Below are positions 45,500-60,178 of a DNA stretch of 64,000 nt, piece after piece. Both the position numbers and the translations under genes were made by a program. The stretch's first letter is position 1. Each line of letters starts with the position of its first letter. The DNA is taken from NCBI RefSeq assembly GCF_009914755.1, contig NC_060933.1. The stretch is one strand, 5' to 3'. Source of the stretch: the human T2T-CHM13v2.0 reference genome, Homo sapiens. Below the pieces are notes generated by a model. The model searched no databases. It saw only the letters and a list, made by a program, of their open reading frames with translations, and was not told where the DNA came from.

Positions 45500-45820
45500 T
45501 CATGGACTGGTACCTGTCCATGTCCTGTTAGGAACCAGGATGCACAGTAGGAGGTGAGTGGTAGGCAAGGGAGCATTACCAACTGAGCTCCACCTCCTGT
45601 CAGATCAGCAGTGGCATAGATCCTCACAGAAACGCAAACCCTATTGTGTAACTGCCCATGCAAGGAATCTAGGTTTCATGCTCCATATGAGAATCTATGC
45701 CTAATGATCTGAGATAGAACAGTTTCATCCTGAAACCATCCCCACCCCCCCACCACTGTTCATGGAAAAATTGTCCTCCATGAAACCAGTACTTAGTGCC
45801 AAAAAGGTTAGGGACCACTG
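45500..45820. mobile_element. MER1B-like hAT-Charlie element, one end missing
   Basis: ctgagctccacctcctgtcagatcagcagtggcat...gtgccaaaaaggttagggaccactg. Confidence 0.88.
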
Positions 45821-47454
45821 CTCTAGATAGTATCCCAAAAAGACTGATCAAGAGGATGACGAGATATCAATAAAATCATATGGAGAAGACAGAATGAAGC
45901 ATTGAAAAGAGAGAACCCATGACTACATTAACAACCTCCAAGAAGGAGATATGGGACAGAGCAGGAGTTCCAGATGGGCTACCTTGAAAGGTAGTGGGTT
46001 TCCTGTAAACAGAGATTCTGAAATGTGGACTGAAACACAAATATAAAGTGAACGGAGAACCCATGACTCATAACCTTAAAACTGTACAGAGACAAATATG
46101 AAACTTAAAACTGTAAAGAGACTAATATGAAGGGTCCAGTTTACTGGAGAAAGTAGGACACCTTCGCAAAAGAGATGCTGCCTACTGTTGAATGATGAGT
46201 TATTTAGGCATTCCAGGGAGAGGAGGGAATTTCAGATAAAGGAAACTGTGCCTCAAACTCACAGAACCAAGAAAAGAGTAAGCAAATCCAAAAAATTGCA
46301 AATGATTGTATATAGCTTTAAGAAATAGGTAAACTGGGACTATGAGAAGATGAAAACAACAAATTGACAAAGATTAGACTATGAAAGCCTTTATTCCAGA
46401 AAGGGCCACTTAAACATTTTAATTATGGGAATAATATTATTTATATGCATGCTAGAGAAATAAATCCGGTGGGAGGGAAAGAAGAGGGCTGGGAGCAAGT
46501 TAGCAAATATTGAAAAAGCCCAAGAGACAATAGGAGCTTAAAATAAATCAGGATGAGAAGAACAGATTAAGAATATTATTAATATTGTTGTATGTACATG
46601 AATGTATTTTTAATGATGAGAGATGTTTGGAAGCTCTAATGTACAGAACTTAGACCCACTAGCTAAGTAATGATATTTCATGGAATGATTTGTAACATGA
46701 CATATCTAAATTATTAGAATAGTAGATTAGATTATAAATAATATTTTAGTAAGACAAAAATATAGCACAATGTTTATGAAAATTTTGAAACAATCTCATA
46801 TTGCTACTGTATAATGAACACTTTTGGATTTCGATTTTTAAGATACCAATTTAATTTTCAAAGAATTCTTCATAAAACAATTCACAGTAATCTTATATAG
46901 TTCATTCTTATACATAAAAATATGTATATACTCATAAAAAATGACTATCAAGTGTTAATTCTAATGGAGAACTATAATTTAAAAGATCATTTAATTAGTT
47001 CAGCTCTAATTGTTTAGCAATGTTTCCTTTTCTTCCATTTGCCTTTACTCCCAGGAAGAAAAGAGCATGGAGTAAGAAGACAGTGAATTCTACTCTAACT
47101 CCATAGGAATGAGAATGAAAATTGATTGCTCTATCATCTCCCAGAGATATCTCAAAAGAGTGCTCCAAAATATTTTGTGCTAAGACACAGATGTTCTCAC
47201 ATTCACAAAGCAAAGTAGTGCTCTAGGATTGATTAATTTGGTCAATTCGGCCTATTTAGTTTTCAAAAGAAACCTGTTGTTGTTGTTGTTAATGGTGTTT
47301 CTTTGCATTGCGTAACTCTAATTAGTTATTTGCTTGATTTTTACCTTTGAGCCATTTAAATTTGTTCTGGATAAACATAGTATAAGTAACATTTGTTAAA
47401 AATAGAAGCTGTTTCTTTTTTTTTGCCTTTTTCTTTCTTGCTTTTGTTTTACAG

Positions 47455-47505
47455 TTTAGAGACAAAACAATGGGAGATCTTAACAGATGACTTAATTATC
47501 AAGAG
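47455..47505 (+). other. Candidate 51-nt exon
   Basis: Long polypyrimidine tract ending ttttacag; open frame LETKQWEILTDDLIIKR; weak donor AG|gtatca. Confidence 0.25.
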
Positions 47506-47578
47506 GTATCAATTATGTAAATGAGTCTGATGGTAAATAGAGCATCATTTTCTTACAAAGTTGTTACTTCCTCTGGGA

Positions 47579-47764
47579 CAAGGGTTCTCAAACTTGAGCA
47601 TGTATCAGAATCACCCCGAGGACTTGTTATAAAACAGATGGAAGACTCATCCCTAGAGTTTTCGATTTAGTAGGTCTGGGATGGGGCCCGAGAATTTGCA
47701 TTTTTTAAAGTTCCCATGTGGTGATGATGCTGAGATTCAGGAACCATATTTTTCAGAAAACTTC
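47579..47764. mobile_element. MER5A
   Basis: ggttctcaaacttgagcatgtatcagaatcacc...taggtctgggatggggcccgagaatttgcat. Confidence 0.9.
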
Positions 47765-48068
47765 CCTATCCCTGAAACTGGGTTCAACGATCTTCTTATG
47801 AGCCTCCTTTCCTCTCTCTGCTTACGCCTTTCTAGGAGTATCACTCTGAAGTATGATGGCTGACTGACACGTCTAGCTCCTTTATCAGATCATGAGCTCC
47901 CTGAAACAAGCATCTGATTTACATGTCTGTAGAACATGTCTGATTTACAACCTATATTCCCCAGAGCACAGCATAGGGCTGGTAGAGGGTAGTAGATGGC
48001 TAATAATTATATGCTGAATAATACTTGATTAATAAATAAATGCAAATTTAAGTTCTGAGGAAGAAAAC

Positions 48069-48116
48069 AGAGAGAGAGAGAGAGAGAGAGTGTGTGTGTG
48101 TGTGTGTGTGTGTGTA
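48069..48116. repeat. (GA)n(GT)n microsatellite
   Basis: Seen directly in the sequence. Confidence 0.97.
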
Positions 48117-48120
48117 CATA

Positions 48121-48461
48121 CAGTCATACACTGCTTAACAATGGCAATACTTTCTGAAAAATGCATTATTAGGTGATTTTGTTGTCCTGCAAATATCATA
48201 GAGTATACCTACACAAGCCTAGATGGTACATACCCTACTACACACCTAGGTTATATGGTATGGCCTATTGCTCCTAAGTTACAAACCTCTTACTGTACTG
48301 AATACTGCAAGCAATTGTAACACAATGGTAAATATTTATGTATCTGAACATATCTAAACATAGAAAAGGTATAGTAAAAATATGGCATTATAATCTTATC
48401 AGATTACTGTCATATATGCAGTTCATCATTCATGGAAAGGTTGTTAGGCAGTGCATGACTA
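48121..48461. mobile_element. Tigger3a/MER7-like Tc1-mariner non-autonomous element
   Basis: Terminal inverted repeats cagtcatacactgcttaacaa / ttgttaggcagtgcatgacta; TA-type target. Confidence 0.88.
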
Positions 48462-50476
48462 CATATATGTGTGTGTATGTGTATGCATGTGTATATGTAT
48501 ATTTGTGATTTAAAATATTCAAAGCAGTGATAAGAGAAATACTGTGTATTCCAGGAAAAAAAAACCATCAAAGAAACAAAGAGAAGTCTAATCAGAGAAA
48601 GACTTAAAAATTAGAACTTAAAAGTTTGCTTTAGTTACTATAGTATATGATGGAAATAAAATATTTTAGAAAGATAACAGTAATAAAAATGTACAAATGG
48701 TTTCAACTTTGTCACTTATGCTCTTTGGCCTACAAATGCCTTTTCATACTTCATCTTGTGTAGCTGGTAAAACTAAGAATCACCCCAATTTACCCACAGT
48801 GTAGCCAAAGGCACACCAAAGATCAGAAAGATCACCCACAACCTAAACAGAAAAAGAGAATTATAAGAAGAAAAAAATGGAAAAGACCTAGTAGGTCATT
48901 CAGTTCTGGTCTCTACAGTAGTGGAAGATTAATAAAATAGCACAGAAAAAAATATGGAAATATACCCAAGAAAACTTAACACTCTCTGATTCTCTAATTT
49001 TTAGTGCCTCATGAAGTTCAAGAGTTTATTGTCAACTCATTGCTTAAACCACCATTTATTAAAAGAAAACATTCCCTATAGTCTGCATTGAAAATGAAAA
49101 TAAGGCAGGCAATGTAAAAAGTTGATTTTGTGGTATAAAATGACTCTCTTTTTCCTGTGTTCATGAATCTCTGCTTTGTAACTGTACTTATCCAAAATAT
49201 TAAAATGACCTTCAGGCCAACCCCTCTACTTAACAGTGAAGGGGGAAGAGAAATTTACTAGAAGTTGACCATTACAGAAATTACTTGCAAGGCATTTTTC
49301 TTTAATAGCTGCAGTTTCGCTCATATTATCATCCTTTTCTGTTGACAAGTTTCCAAGATTTTAATCTTGGATTGGAAATGTTACCCTATCAGAAAGGGCT
49401 TATATTGTCAGGAGCAGTGCTGTCGTGGAATGTAGAATCATATATGAGAATGCTTGCTGTATTGAAAAATATACCATTGCAAGGAAAGGCATTTAAATGT
49501 TTAGTCTGCTGGCTCATAAATCACTTTCAATGTGCTCAAGTTCTTAGACAACATACTGAAAGCTTTCTTATTTCTTATATTATAGCAGTGTCATTTGCAT
49601 TGCTGAACTAGGGGTGATGTTGGCAATTCCAGACAAATCCTTGCTTGGAGGATTTATAACTGCGATTAAATTTCATCCTGGCTTAGAATTCAAAAGTAAA
49701 ATTTTTGTGAGGTTGTTTTTTTTTTTAACCTAACAGGTATCTGATATTTTAAGAAATGGTCAGATTCACAATTTTGGTTTACAGGTGGAAGCAAGTTGCC
49801 TAACATGCACAACCAGCATGGGCATTAAGAGATCTGAGCATGTTTATCTAAATTCACAGGCTCGGTTGGTTGTTTTAGAAACATATATTCAAGCATTTTA
49901 AAAATTTCTATTAACTTTACCGGAAATTGTTGTGCTCCTTTTTTTTTTTTTCCTTTCCTTTTCTTCTTCTTTTTATTGTATGGATAGCTTTTCTACTCCT
50001 TCTGCTCCCTCTTGGTGGAAATATTTGAAACTGACTTTGATATCTATTTCACCTTGGGCATGCATACACAGTGATCCCATTTCTGTTGTCTTCTTATACA
50101 AAGCTAACAGCAGGTATCCATGCCATCTACCTATCACCTGAAGTTGTTCTCTAGGAATAAAACAAGACTCCAGTTAGCTAAAGTGTTTGAAAAAGAGAAA
50201 AAGAAATTAAAATATATCGACTGGAAGGCTTTGAATTGAGAACAAAATTGAGTTATCAACATGAAGCAACGAACTACTTCTCAGAAGCAGACATTGAAGG
50301 AGATTCAGAATAACAAAAAGGAAATTAATAAAAATGTTTACTGAATTTGAAAGATAATCCTCAGCTTCTACTAGACTAGCAAGTGGGAGTAGTTGGGCTA
50401 AGGGCTAGCTAAAGAAAAGTGTTCTCTTAAAGTTTTCTGAGAGTTTCCTCCAAATCACTCTACCTTTTCTGCCCTG

Positions 50477-50753
50477 TTTTAAGAGTCAGTGTCTCACTCT
50501 GTCGTCCAGGCTACAGTGCTGGAGTGCAGTGGCACAATCGTAGCTCACTGCAGCCTTGGATTCCTGAGCTCAAGTGAGTAGCTAGGACTACAGGCATGTG
50601 CTACCAAGCCCAGCTAAGTTTTTATTATTCTTTTGTAGACACGTGATCTTGCTATGTTGCCCAGGCTGGTCTTAAACATCTGGCCTCAAGCCATCCTCCC
50701 ATTTCAGCCTCCTGAGTCGCTAGGATTACACATGTGAGCAACCATGCCTGGCC
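50477..50753 (-). mobile_element. AluJ
   Basis: atcgtagctcactgcagccttg and ttgctatgttgcccagg J features; TSD atcactct. Confidence 0.92.
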
Positions 50754-51739
50754 ATCACTCTTGTAAAGAAAACTAAGTAAAAGACAATAAGGATTTACTT
50801 GCTTTTAAGATAAACGGATTAATAGTGATAAGCCTAGATATTATTCTATAGCCGAGGAGAGAAATATGTCCTACGTAAAGGGAAGTATCTCCAAAAAGGA
50901 GAAAACATGTTGCTCCTGCAGATTCCTGCTTCTAGGTGGTTCCTACACACAAGAAGTGCAACTATAATCAGATTGGCTTCAATTTTTGCAACTTAATGCT
51001 AAGGCAAAGGTTTGAGGAATGGCAAATACAAGGCCCATTTGATAACCACAAAGCAACCCAGGAATTTCAGTGGATAATGGAGCCCACTTGAGTGGATTGA
51101 GATGTTTCCAGTAACTGTCTTCAGCAGAGTGTACAGATGCCAACAGCAGATGCCAGTTGTAGAAGGAGACACCACCCTCCAGTAATAGCTCTGCCTCAGT
51201 GATTTAAACAGAATGTGATCCAATTACATGTTGGAAAGATCACTTTGGATGCAGTAAGTACCATCTGATGTTTGGTGGAGATCTGAAGAAAGATCAGTTG
51301 GGAGCGTGTTACAGAAATCTAAGAGAGATACAATGGGTATATACATATGAAATAAATAAAAGTGAAAAGGAAATGCCATAATTTAAGAGGTATTTGAGAG
51401 ATATGTAGGGGAAATAACTGACAGGGACTGGTGACTGACTGGATGTGGGATGGTAAGTCAGTGCAAATAGATCAAATAAGGCTGCACAGGTGAAGTATAG
51501 TTAATCTCGTAGCGTGAGATACCCACAGTAGTGAAAACAAGGCTAAAGGGAAATTGAAGATAAGTTATTTGAAGTTCATAGAGAAAGCATGGCACCAAAA
51601 TGAACACAGAGCATAACAATCTTAATAATACACATACCCAGATTTCTCTCTTGGATAACTGTGCCCCTCTGCATATGGTAGGAAACTGAGTATGGATCAA
51701 ATGAATAGGTTGTGCCAGTGTTTATCAGCAGATGTATTA

Positions 51740-52138
<399 letters not shown>

Positions 52139-52829
52139 TCAAAAGCCCTTAGCTGGCTTCTGAGAAGCCCAACAGCTTCTGCAATGAGCTATAATCAGTA
52201 AGACTGTGCTAAACCAAACAGAAAAACAGAAACACAGCTATACTGTGCCGTTAAAATGGCAGCTGACTCCCAAAACACCCCAGGGAAATGACCAGTCCAT
52301 GAAAAAAGAGTCCCAAAGCTAACATAAGGTGTCTGGTTAAGTGATTGGCTAGACAGTAGAACTCCTAAGTGAAGTAGAGAATACAGAAAGAGAAGCAGAA
52401 TTGGATGGAGAAAATGGTTTCATTTGAAAGATGTTGAGTTTGAGGGCTTATTACGTATAGATGTTTATTAGGTAAGTGAACATGAAGGATTAGAGCTCAA
52501 GAGAGTGTGAGGTCTGAGGGCAAAACAGTTCTCTTGCTCATATTGGGGACCTCACAAAGCATAAGCATAATTTTTATATATGATATGTTTACGGAATTTC
52601 TGTCTCTTCACTCTGTCTTATAAAAGACCAAAGACTTCTCCTACCTGGGGGAATAAAAAGGACAATAAAGAGCAAGGTAAAAATCCCATCTTGCCATATT
52701 AAGAAGCCTAGTAGAAAGTATTCTGAAAAGAAAAAAGAAGCTTTTGTTTCCAGCAGATTTTCAGACTGGATTTCTTGATGGACTCTCCTACTGAAAACAA
52801 CAAAGAATGCTGGCAAAATGTAAATTACA

Positions 52830-53008
52830 GGCCAGGCGCGTGGCTTATACCTATAATCCCACAACTTTGGGAGGCAAAGGTGGGAAGACCACTTGGGCCC
52901 AGGAGTTCAACACCTGCCTGGGTGGCATAGTGAGACCCCATCTCTACAAAAAAATTAAAAAATTAGCCAGGTGTGGTAGTATGTGCCTATAGTCCAGCTA
53001 CTCAGGAG
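52830..53008 (+). mobile_element. 3'-truncated AluJ
   Basis: Left arm plus start of right arm, ending ctactcaggag; no tail. Confidence 0.88.
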
Positions 53009-54949
53009 AACCCTTCTCTTCTAAGAAGTAGAAAAATAAGGTAAATATAAATAAGACAAACAAGTCTGGAGGTGAGAGGGATAAAATTTTCAGGCATTTG
53101 TTCTTGCCTGTTGCTCTTCTTTCTTTTTAGAAGCAGTAGCAACAAGGCTTTCTGCTGAGGCAGGGAGATGTAAGGTTGGAGGCTTGAGGAAACTGCTAAA
53201 TTTTGGAAGAGCTGTTGTTGGCATTGGAAAAAGTTGATTCAGTTTTAATAAATCATCTTTTGATACTAACCTACTGTCAATGGGGGAAGTTGAGGAAAAA
53301 CTACTGGAGTTTCCAAAAGATGTATCTCCTTAGTTTTCTGGGAAGGGATTTAGATGAATTTCTGTTGGTTTCTATTGTTGTGTAGCACTAAAGGTAACCC
53401 AGGTTCTTGCAAATCTGACACAAGGATTGCAAATACTCATCAGGCACCCCAACAAAGGAAATGCAGCAGGAGCAAAAAGCAAGGGAACAAATGAAAAATG
53501 GTGACAAGAGGGGAGGGAGGGAACCTGGCAACCAGCAAATAACATCATCCAAATTCATCCCATGCAGTCACTGGTGGCTTAATAGGGAAGCAAAGAAAGC
53601 TAGGTTTGATGAGGCTTTTTTTGGCATAATAGAATGTCTTTGAGGATTGAGGAAACAATGTGTGCAGAGAGTTTTGTGTTCTGCCATCAACAAAAGCAAG
53701 AGATTAATGGAAGTGACTCCCTTTTCTCATGTATGACAATATATTTATCACTATTTGCTTATATCCTGAGACCTGAGGAGAATGGCTCCTTTTTGTTGCC
53801 CTGCCAACCCTTCCCAAGCAGGAGAAGAGTTCAGGCACCACTTTGTGTTTGATTGTTATACTTCCTATTGAAGCTGACCAAAATAGAAAATCTACCCACG
53901 CATGGCAGTAAATGTCAACAATGTGAACAACTCTAGAAATGAGAATAAGACTGATATTCAAGCTGTCTAAATGAAAGTGATGGGAGCCTCAAAAGTTGTG
54001 TTTAATAAATGTAATGACTAAAATTGCATTTTTAATGTGCCGTGACATGCCAAGTGTACAGCATAGAAACTCCATCACAAAAGTAGGGAAAGGGAGGAAG
54101 TGAGCATGCAAAGCTTTGACCCCCACTCTCCCTGCCTGTCATTTCTGACTAGAGCAGCTGAACTTTTACAACTTGCAAACAATCTCCAGGTAAGATTGTG
54201 TTTGAGCAAAAGTTTTTTCACAGCTGAAAATTTTGAAAACCATTGCACCAAAGGAACAAACAATTTGAAGGAATCCTTTGGCAAATCAAGATGTATTTTC
54301 ACTTATTGTGCAAACATTTATTGAGCATCTTCTGTGTATTAAACTGTTCTTTGCACTGTGATGGGCATAAAGAGGTTAAAGATTAAAAAGGGAATCTGGA
54401 GGGAGAATAGCGAGAGATTAGTTAATCAATAGATTTTGGTCCTTGAGACAGTCAACTTTGGTTCTGAGCGCAGAACCACAGGAGAAAAGCCTTATTCTCC
54501 ACAAATGAAAGAAAGGGCACAAGTGGTTTTTGGAAAGAGAGGGGTTGAATAGAGACAGGGGAAGCTCAAGATATTAGTAGCCTTCTTTCCTTTATGAATA
54601 GCCCCACTGCATGTATTGTACATTCACTGATTTCCTATCATGTACCAGATATCATGCTAAGGGACAACTATAGAGAGGAATAGACACAGGCCTGTCCCCT
54701 GAGAGCTTGCAATCTAGTGGAAGCAATGAGAAAACCAGACACATGACTTATAGTTAAGATAGAACGTAAGAAAACCCATAAGTGGGATAAAAATTGAAAA
54801 CTCTGTAGATACAGATGAGATCACTTTTAGACTAGCTGGCCAGAGAAAGCCAAGATAGAGATGAGGTTTTTCCTAAGCTTTTGAGGATGATTAGGTTTTC
54901 AAAAGATGGAGGTGATGGTAAAGTGATCAACATAAGAGAGTTTCACTTA

Positions 54950-55220
54950 ATACATATTGAAGATCTTGTATGTCATATACTATCATAGTCTGTGTTTCTT
55001 AAAATAAGGTAGACTTGTCTTTCAAATATGCTATCTCATTTAATTTTCAATAATTTTGCAAGCTAAACACTATTGTCACCATTGCACGAATGAAGAAATC
55101 ATCTCAAGGAAGGAAAATAACAGGCCCAATGACACACTTTTGATAAAAGGCAGATCCAGGATTTGAATCCAGGCCTGTCTGAGTCAAAAGTACAAGCTCT
55201 ATCCTTAGTACCAAACTACC
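54950..55220 (-). mobile_element. MIR fragment
   Basis: atctcatttaattttcaa...ggcagatccaggatttgaatccaggcctgtctgag. Confidence 0.6.
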
Positions 55221-55938
55221 TCTTCATTGATCACTTTCAACCACGTTTGCCCTGCTAAATTTTCTCTGAATCTCTCAACTCACCTACACATGATTAGCAA
55301 ACAAAACACCTTTTTAAGAATAATTACATACTGCTGAGAGATCTTTATTACTCCAACAAATGTGTACTGAAGGAACATATTTTCTCTTTTAAACTTCAAC
55401 AGGTTTCCATTTATCATAACCAAAGACAACCAGTTCTTCAACTAAAAAGGTCACTCTAGAGCTAATTCTCATAGGGCTATGATGTGGCTCTGAGCACCTT
55501 CAGGGAGGTCCATGCCTTAGTCATCCATAGATCTTTAACACCTAACCCAGTGCCTAAAACAGAGGAAGAATCCAACTAATGCTTATTGAGATGAAATGAA
55601 TACAAAGTTAAATAGTCCCTTTTCTTTTAATGAATGATCTGATAAAATTAAGGGGAGGAAGTTGTCCTATCTGGCAAACTCTCCTTATGTTAAGTCCATC
55701 AACCAATAACACGGTTCCACAATACTCATAACTGGTGGTATTGACTTGTTTCTCTACATATTGGCCTGTTTGTGTTTCAAGATCCAACTCACGACCCACC
55801 TTTTTCATTCCCATTCTATTTTTATTTATTTAAGTTTAATGACCACCTGTGAGATAAGATGTATTCACCTCATTCTGCCACTGAGGAAACAGATGTTCAG
55901 AGACAGCTTTATGATTTCCATCAACTCACTTAGCTAAT

Positions 55939-56470
55939 TGTCAGGTTCACGACTACACCAAATGTTCTCCTTGGGGTCAGGTCTGAAGGGAATGGGTGGA
56001 TAAGCGTATAGCTGAAAGAACACTCAAGGGGCCATAGCCAGATGAAATGTGATTTAATTCATCAGCTCTCTCATCAGCAGCTCACTCGTCAGCAGCTAAC
56101 TCACACTTAGTTCTCCCACGCTGTCCGCCTTGTCTCAGCTGTGGCCGGCTCTCCCTTCAGGGTCAGCAGCTAAACTCCTTCTCTCTCTGGGCAGGAGCTG
56201 TGTCCTGGCTCCCCGCTGCCCATCTGCAAAGGTGGACAGCCCTGGCTCTCTCCCTCTCTCTGGGTGTGAGCGTGCCCGTACAGTGTCAGCAGGGCAACTA
56301 TACCTTTTACAGACAATAGTGGCGTAGGGCCAAGGGATGGCCTTCCCATATTATGGCTACGTGACTGTGATAACAAGTGGAGTTATATGCCTGTACTCTA
56401 AACTCACTGGAGTCACTTTGGATGTTTACCTGGGCCTATCCTTGATCAAAGCACAGCCATGTTCCTTACA
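55939..56470 (-). mobile_element. ERVL-class solo LTR (LTR32/LTR18-like), inserted in a MIR
   Basis: TG...CA termini (reverse complement starts TGTAAGGAACATGGCTGTGCTTTG); perfect 5-bp TSD CTAAT at 55934-55938/56471-56475. Confidence 0.85.
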
Positions 56471-56647
56471 CTAATAAATGGTAGAGACTAGATTTCTTCC
56501 TAAGGTGTTTGATTACAAGTCTAAAAAAGGGAACTTATAATGTAAATCTTAGAAGAAACCTATTCCAAGGAGAATTAACTGATCTTTTCTTTTCAAGAGC
56601 ATGTTCTGTATCCACAGGACCAGCAAAGAAAGCCACTTTGCTCTTAC

Positions 56648-56724
56648 CTTTCCCCAGGAAATCTAAAGAGAAGATTTTTGTCACAAAGACAATCTCTGCA
56701 AATGAAATTGGAAGATCCAGGAAA
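56648..56724 (-). other. Candidate exon (77 nt)
   Basis: On -: attttattttctccag|TTTCCTGG...GGGGAAAG|gtaaga. Confidence 0.3.
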
Positions 56725-57067
56725 CTGGAGAAAATAAAATACCCAGATTTAATTTTCTACATCTATCATTAATCTTTTAAATGGATTTTATAAGAATTTT
56801 ATTACACATAACTCTAGTCCTGAAATCTAACTCAGATTTACAGAAGCTAAAATTTCCATAAAATATAAACTGTGAATAATTTAGATTACATTCTACTGTA
56901 CAATAAATATATATCCCAGACAGGAAGAGATCTATAACCTCATTTTCCTCTTGACATCTGCAGAACAGCTTTCCCTGGCAAAAAGTTTGCTGACCCCAGC
57001 AATTCAGCCAAAGTCATAATAAAGCAAAGCATAGTTTTCTTTGGTTAAAATTCATTTCTTATCAAAG

Positions 57068-57290
57068 ACAGTTTAGAGAGTAGGCTCTGGAGCTGGGCTA
57101 CCTGGTTTTGAACACTACATCTGCCACTAACAATCTGTGTGACCTTGGGCAATTTATGAACCCTCTCTGTGCCTTCGTCTAGGTATTGGTCTAGAACTGT
57201 TATGAGGACCAGTAATAAAACAAAAAAGTAATAAGTTTATCATATTATTTCCTGGCACACAGCAAGCACTTAATAAATGTTAATTATCAC
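57068..57290 (+). mobile_element. MIR
   Basis: ggctctggagc...ctgtgtgaccttgggcaa...cctggcacacagcaagcacttaataaatgt. Confidence 0.75.
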
Positions 57291-57500
57291 CACTGTTATC
57301 ACTACCACCACCATCATCATACATTAGCAAATCTTCATGTCTCTCAAAGGCTGAGCCCAATTATTTTTCCATCCTTTCATTCTACTGGATCAGTGGCAGG
57401 CGAGGCTCCATTTAAAGTACATTTGATTATCCTTAGACTCAGAGACAGGAATTCAGAGGAGCCTGGCAATACAAAGTCGCAAACAAAGACACAGCCGTTT

Positions 57501-57756
57501 TTATTATTTTTTTATTTTTAAATTTTGTGGGTACTTAGTAAGTAGGTATATATATATATATATTTATGGGGTACACAAAATATTTTGATACACGCATGCA
57601 ACGTGAAATAAACACACCCTGGAGAATAGGGTATCTATCTCCTCAAAACATTTATCCTTTACGCTACAAACAATCCAGTTACATCTTTATTTTACAATGT
57701 ACAATTAAGTTATTATTGACTATAGTCACCCTATTGTGCTATATAAAATAATAGGT
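57501..57756 (-). mobile_element. Short L1MA1-3-like 3' end
   Basis: Same 3'UTR type as 20312 onward; TSD gacacagc(c/t)gttt at 57488/57757. Confidence 0.9.
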
Positions 57757-58126
57757 GACACAGCTGTTTATAAAGTTACCATTTATTAGGTATACATTAT
57801 GTAACAGGTGCTTTGCATATACTATTTGAAATTCTCTCAACAATTCTGCTTCAAAATTATTTAAATTTTACAACTAAGGAAACTGAGTCCCCAGGAAATC
57901 ATATTGATATCAGGTATTAGAAGCCAGAATGTCAACTTAGGTCAGTCTCACTACACAATCTATGTTCTTTCCACCATATTATCACATTGCATGTATTAAG
58001 TGCCACTCAATCCCTCTGCTGTGTCTTTGTCCTGCTCCTGATATCCCCACCTCTCCTGGAGCCCGCTCCTTCATGCAGTTTCATGTGTCCTCTGACAGGG
58101 ATCTAGACTTGACCTGCCTCCCTTAT

Positions 58127-58272
58127 GACCCATCTAACTTACCTGTCCAGCATTCTGTTCATTTTATATTTTAGTTCAAGGAAAGGACCCAAGATTCTCC
58201 ATTTCAAATAAGATCTTAAGTATTTTTGATGCAGAGCCTTTTGATGTAGCTAGAAGGTTAACAGAAATGAGT
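58127..58272. repeat. Diverged local direct repeat, copy 1 (copy 2 at 60179-60372)
   Basis: Shared core acccaagattctc(c/t)atttcaaataa(g/a)atcttaagtatttttgatgcag and taacagaaatgagt. Confidence 0.85.
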
Positions 58273-58692
58273 AACCTAATTTTAACCTTCCTAGAATAAT
58301 AGGAATGATAGCTAATATGTTCTTATATTGAAAACATGCCAGGCAGATTCTCAATAGTTACCATGTGGGATCTCATTTCTCACCAAATCATTTCACAGAT
58401 GATGAAACTAAGTTTACCTAACTTATGGGAAGTCATAAAGTTAGTGACTAGCAATTCAGGCATTGCCCATGACCGCCTGGCTCCAAAAACTAATGTGTGA
58501 AGAGCATTTTACTTTTAATTGTTGAGACACCAGTCAAAACTTGGTTGGGGACAAGTGTTGTTTGGGGGATAGAGATGCAAAGGATGAATTCTCAGCTGCC
58601 TACGTGAGCCATGTTTACAGCCCACATAGTCAGCACTTTGGGCAGTTTTCAAGTCAAGGTTTTGTCATGACTATCATGCAAGTTTTCATTTA

Positions 58693-59048
58693 GTTATTTT
58701 TTTTATTATACTTTAAGTTCTAGGGTACATGTGAACAACATGCAGCTTTGTTACATATGTATGCATGTGCTGTGTTGGTTTGTTGCACCCATTAGCTCGT
58801 CATTTACATTAGGTATTTTTCCTAATGCTATCCCTCCCCCATTCCCCCACCCCACGACAGGCCCCAGTGTGTGATGTTCCCCGCCTTGTGTCCAAGTATT
58901 CTCATTGTCCAATTCCCACCTATGAGTGAGAACATGCGGTGTTTGGTTTTCTGTCCTTGCGATAGTTTGCTCAGAGTGATGGTTTCCAGCTTCAGCCATG
59001 TCACTACAAAGGACATGAACTCATCCTTTTTTATGGCTGCGTAGTATT
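58693..59048 (-). mobile_element. L1PA 3' fragment
   Basis: ttattatactttaagttctagggtacatgtg...; ORF2 C-terminus YYAAIKKDEFMSF...RMFSLIGGN. Confidence 0.93.
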
Positions 59049-60178
59049 TACTTCTCCGTCTCAACCATTAACTCAGGATTCCAAAATATACATTTTCAAA
59101 AATTGAGATACTCTTAAAAACCAACAAAAGAGCCAGGACCACCAAAAACTGATCACTCCAAACAGCTAGGGCACAGTTGAAAGAGGGCAGTATGTTCCTG
59201 GAATGGTGGGAGGTTGTTAGACGAATGTTGAATGATGCGATCTCACAGAATCAGTCAAATTTGTTATTTTTTTTCTTACCAGATTCTTTTTCTACCAGTA
59301 GGAAATCAGCAGATAGGGCAATAATAATAATAATAAAAGGGATCTTTGAGGCAGTTGAAAGATTTAGTTAACGATCCCTAGGGCTTTCTTTTTATAAGAT
59401 ATGGCACCTAGTTGGGATAAACCTGCAAAGATATTTTAATAGGTGACAGATTTTGTATTACAAATGTACGTTTAATGTAATAGAACAAAAGCAGACTTTG
59501 ATTTGGAAAACCTGGGAATCTGCTCTTCACTCTACAACCATCTGCAGCAGGAACTGAGACTTCATTTCTTCTCTGCCCCATCTCACAGGGTGGCTGAGAG
59601 CATCAAAAGGAATAAACTATCTGAGACTGCTTTGTAAACTCTAAAACACCATAAAAACGTAAGGGATTATATTGTTGTAATATGTATAATAGACTCTTCC
59701 TAGCTAAGATCTGTGAGGAGTCAGAGAAGAATACCTGGAGCAGGGTGCGGGGAGAAAAACAGGGTTTTTATTAATTCATTTAGGCTCTGTTCCAATTGAA
59801 TTCTAGCTGTAGAACTATGTTCTGTAATTATGATTTAGCAGTGCCAGAAACAAATATAGCTATCAAGTTCATCCACTTGCACAGAGAACAAATTAGTTCA
59901 TAAAATGTACTGGATTTTATCTCCAAATTGAAATTTTGGCCTAAGTCAGTAATAGACACTAAGTCATTTGAGTTTTTTTCAGTGGAGCAATGTTAGTTAG
60001 CTGATGTTTTCAGAGAGAAAGTAGCCACTAAGAGTAAGGTGATTTGGAGAAAAATATATGTTTATATTGTGTCCTAACCATAGTCTATTTATGATATTAA
60101 GATTTTCAGCTGTTTTTAAAGACTATAGTTCTCTCTGGTCTTTGAGACCAGTAGTTCCATCAACTTTAGTTTTCATAA

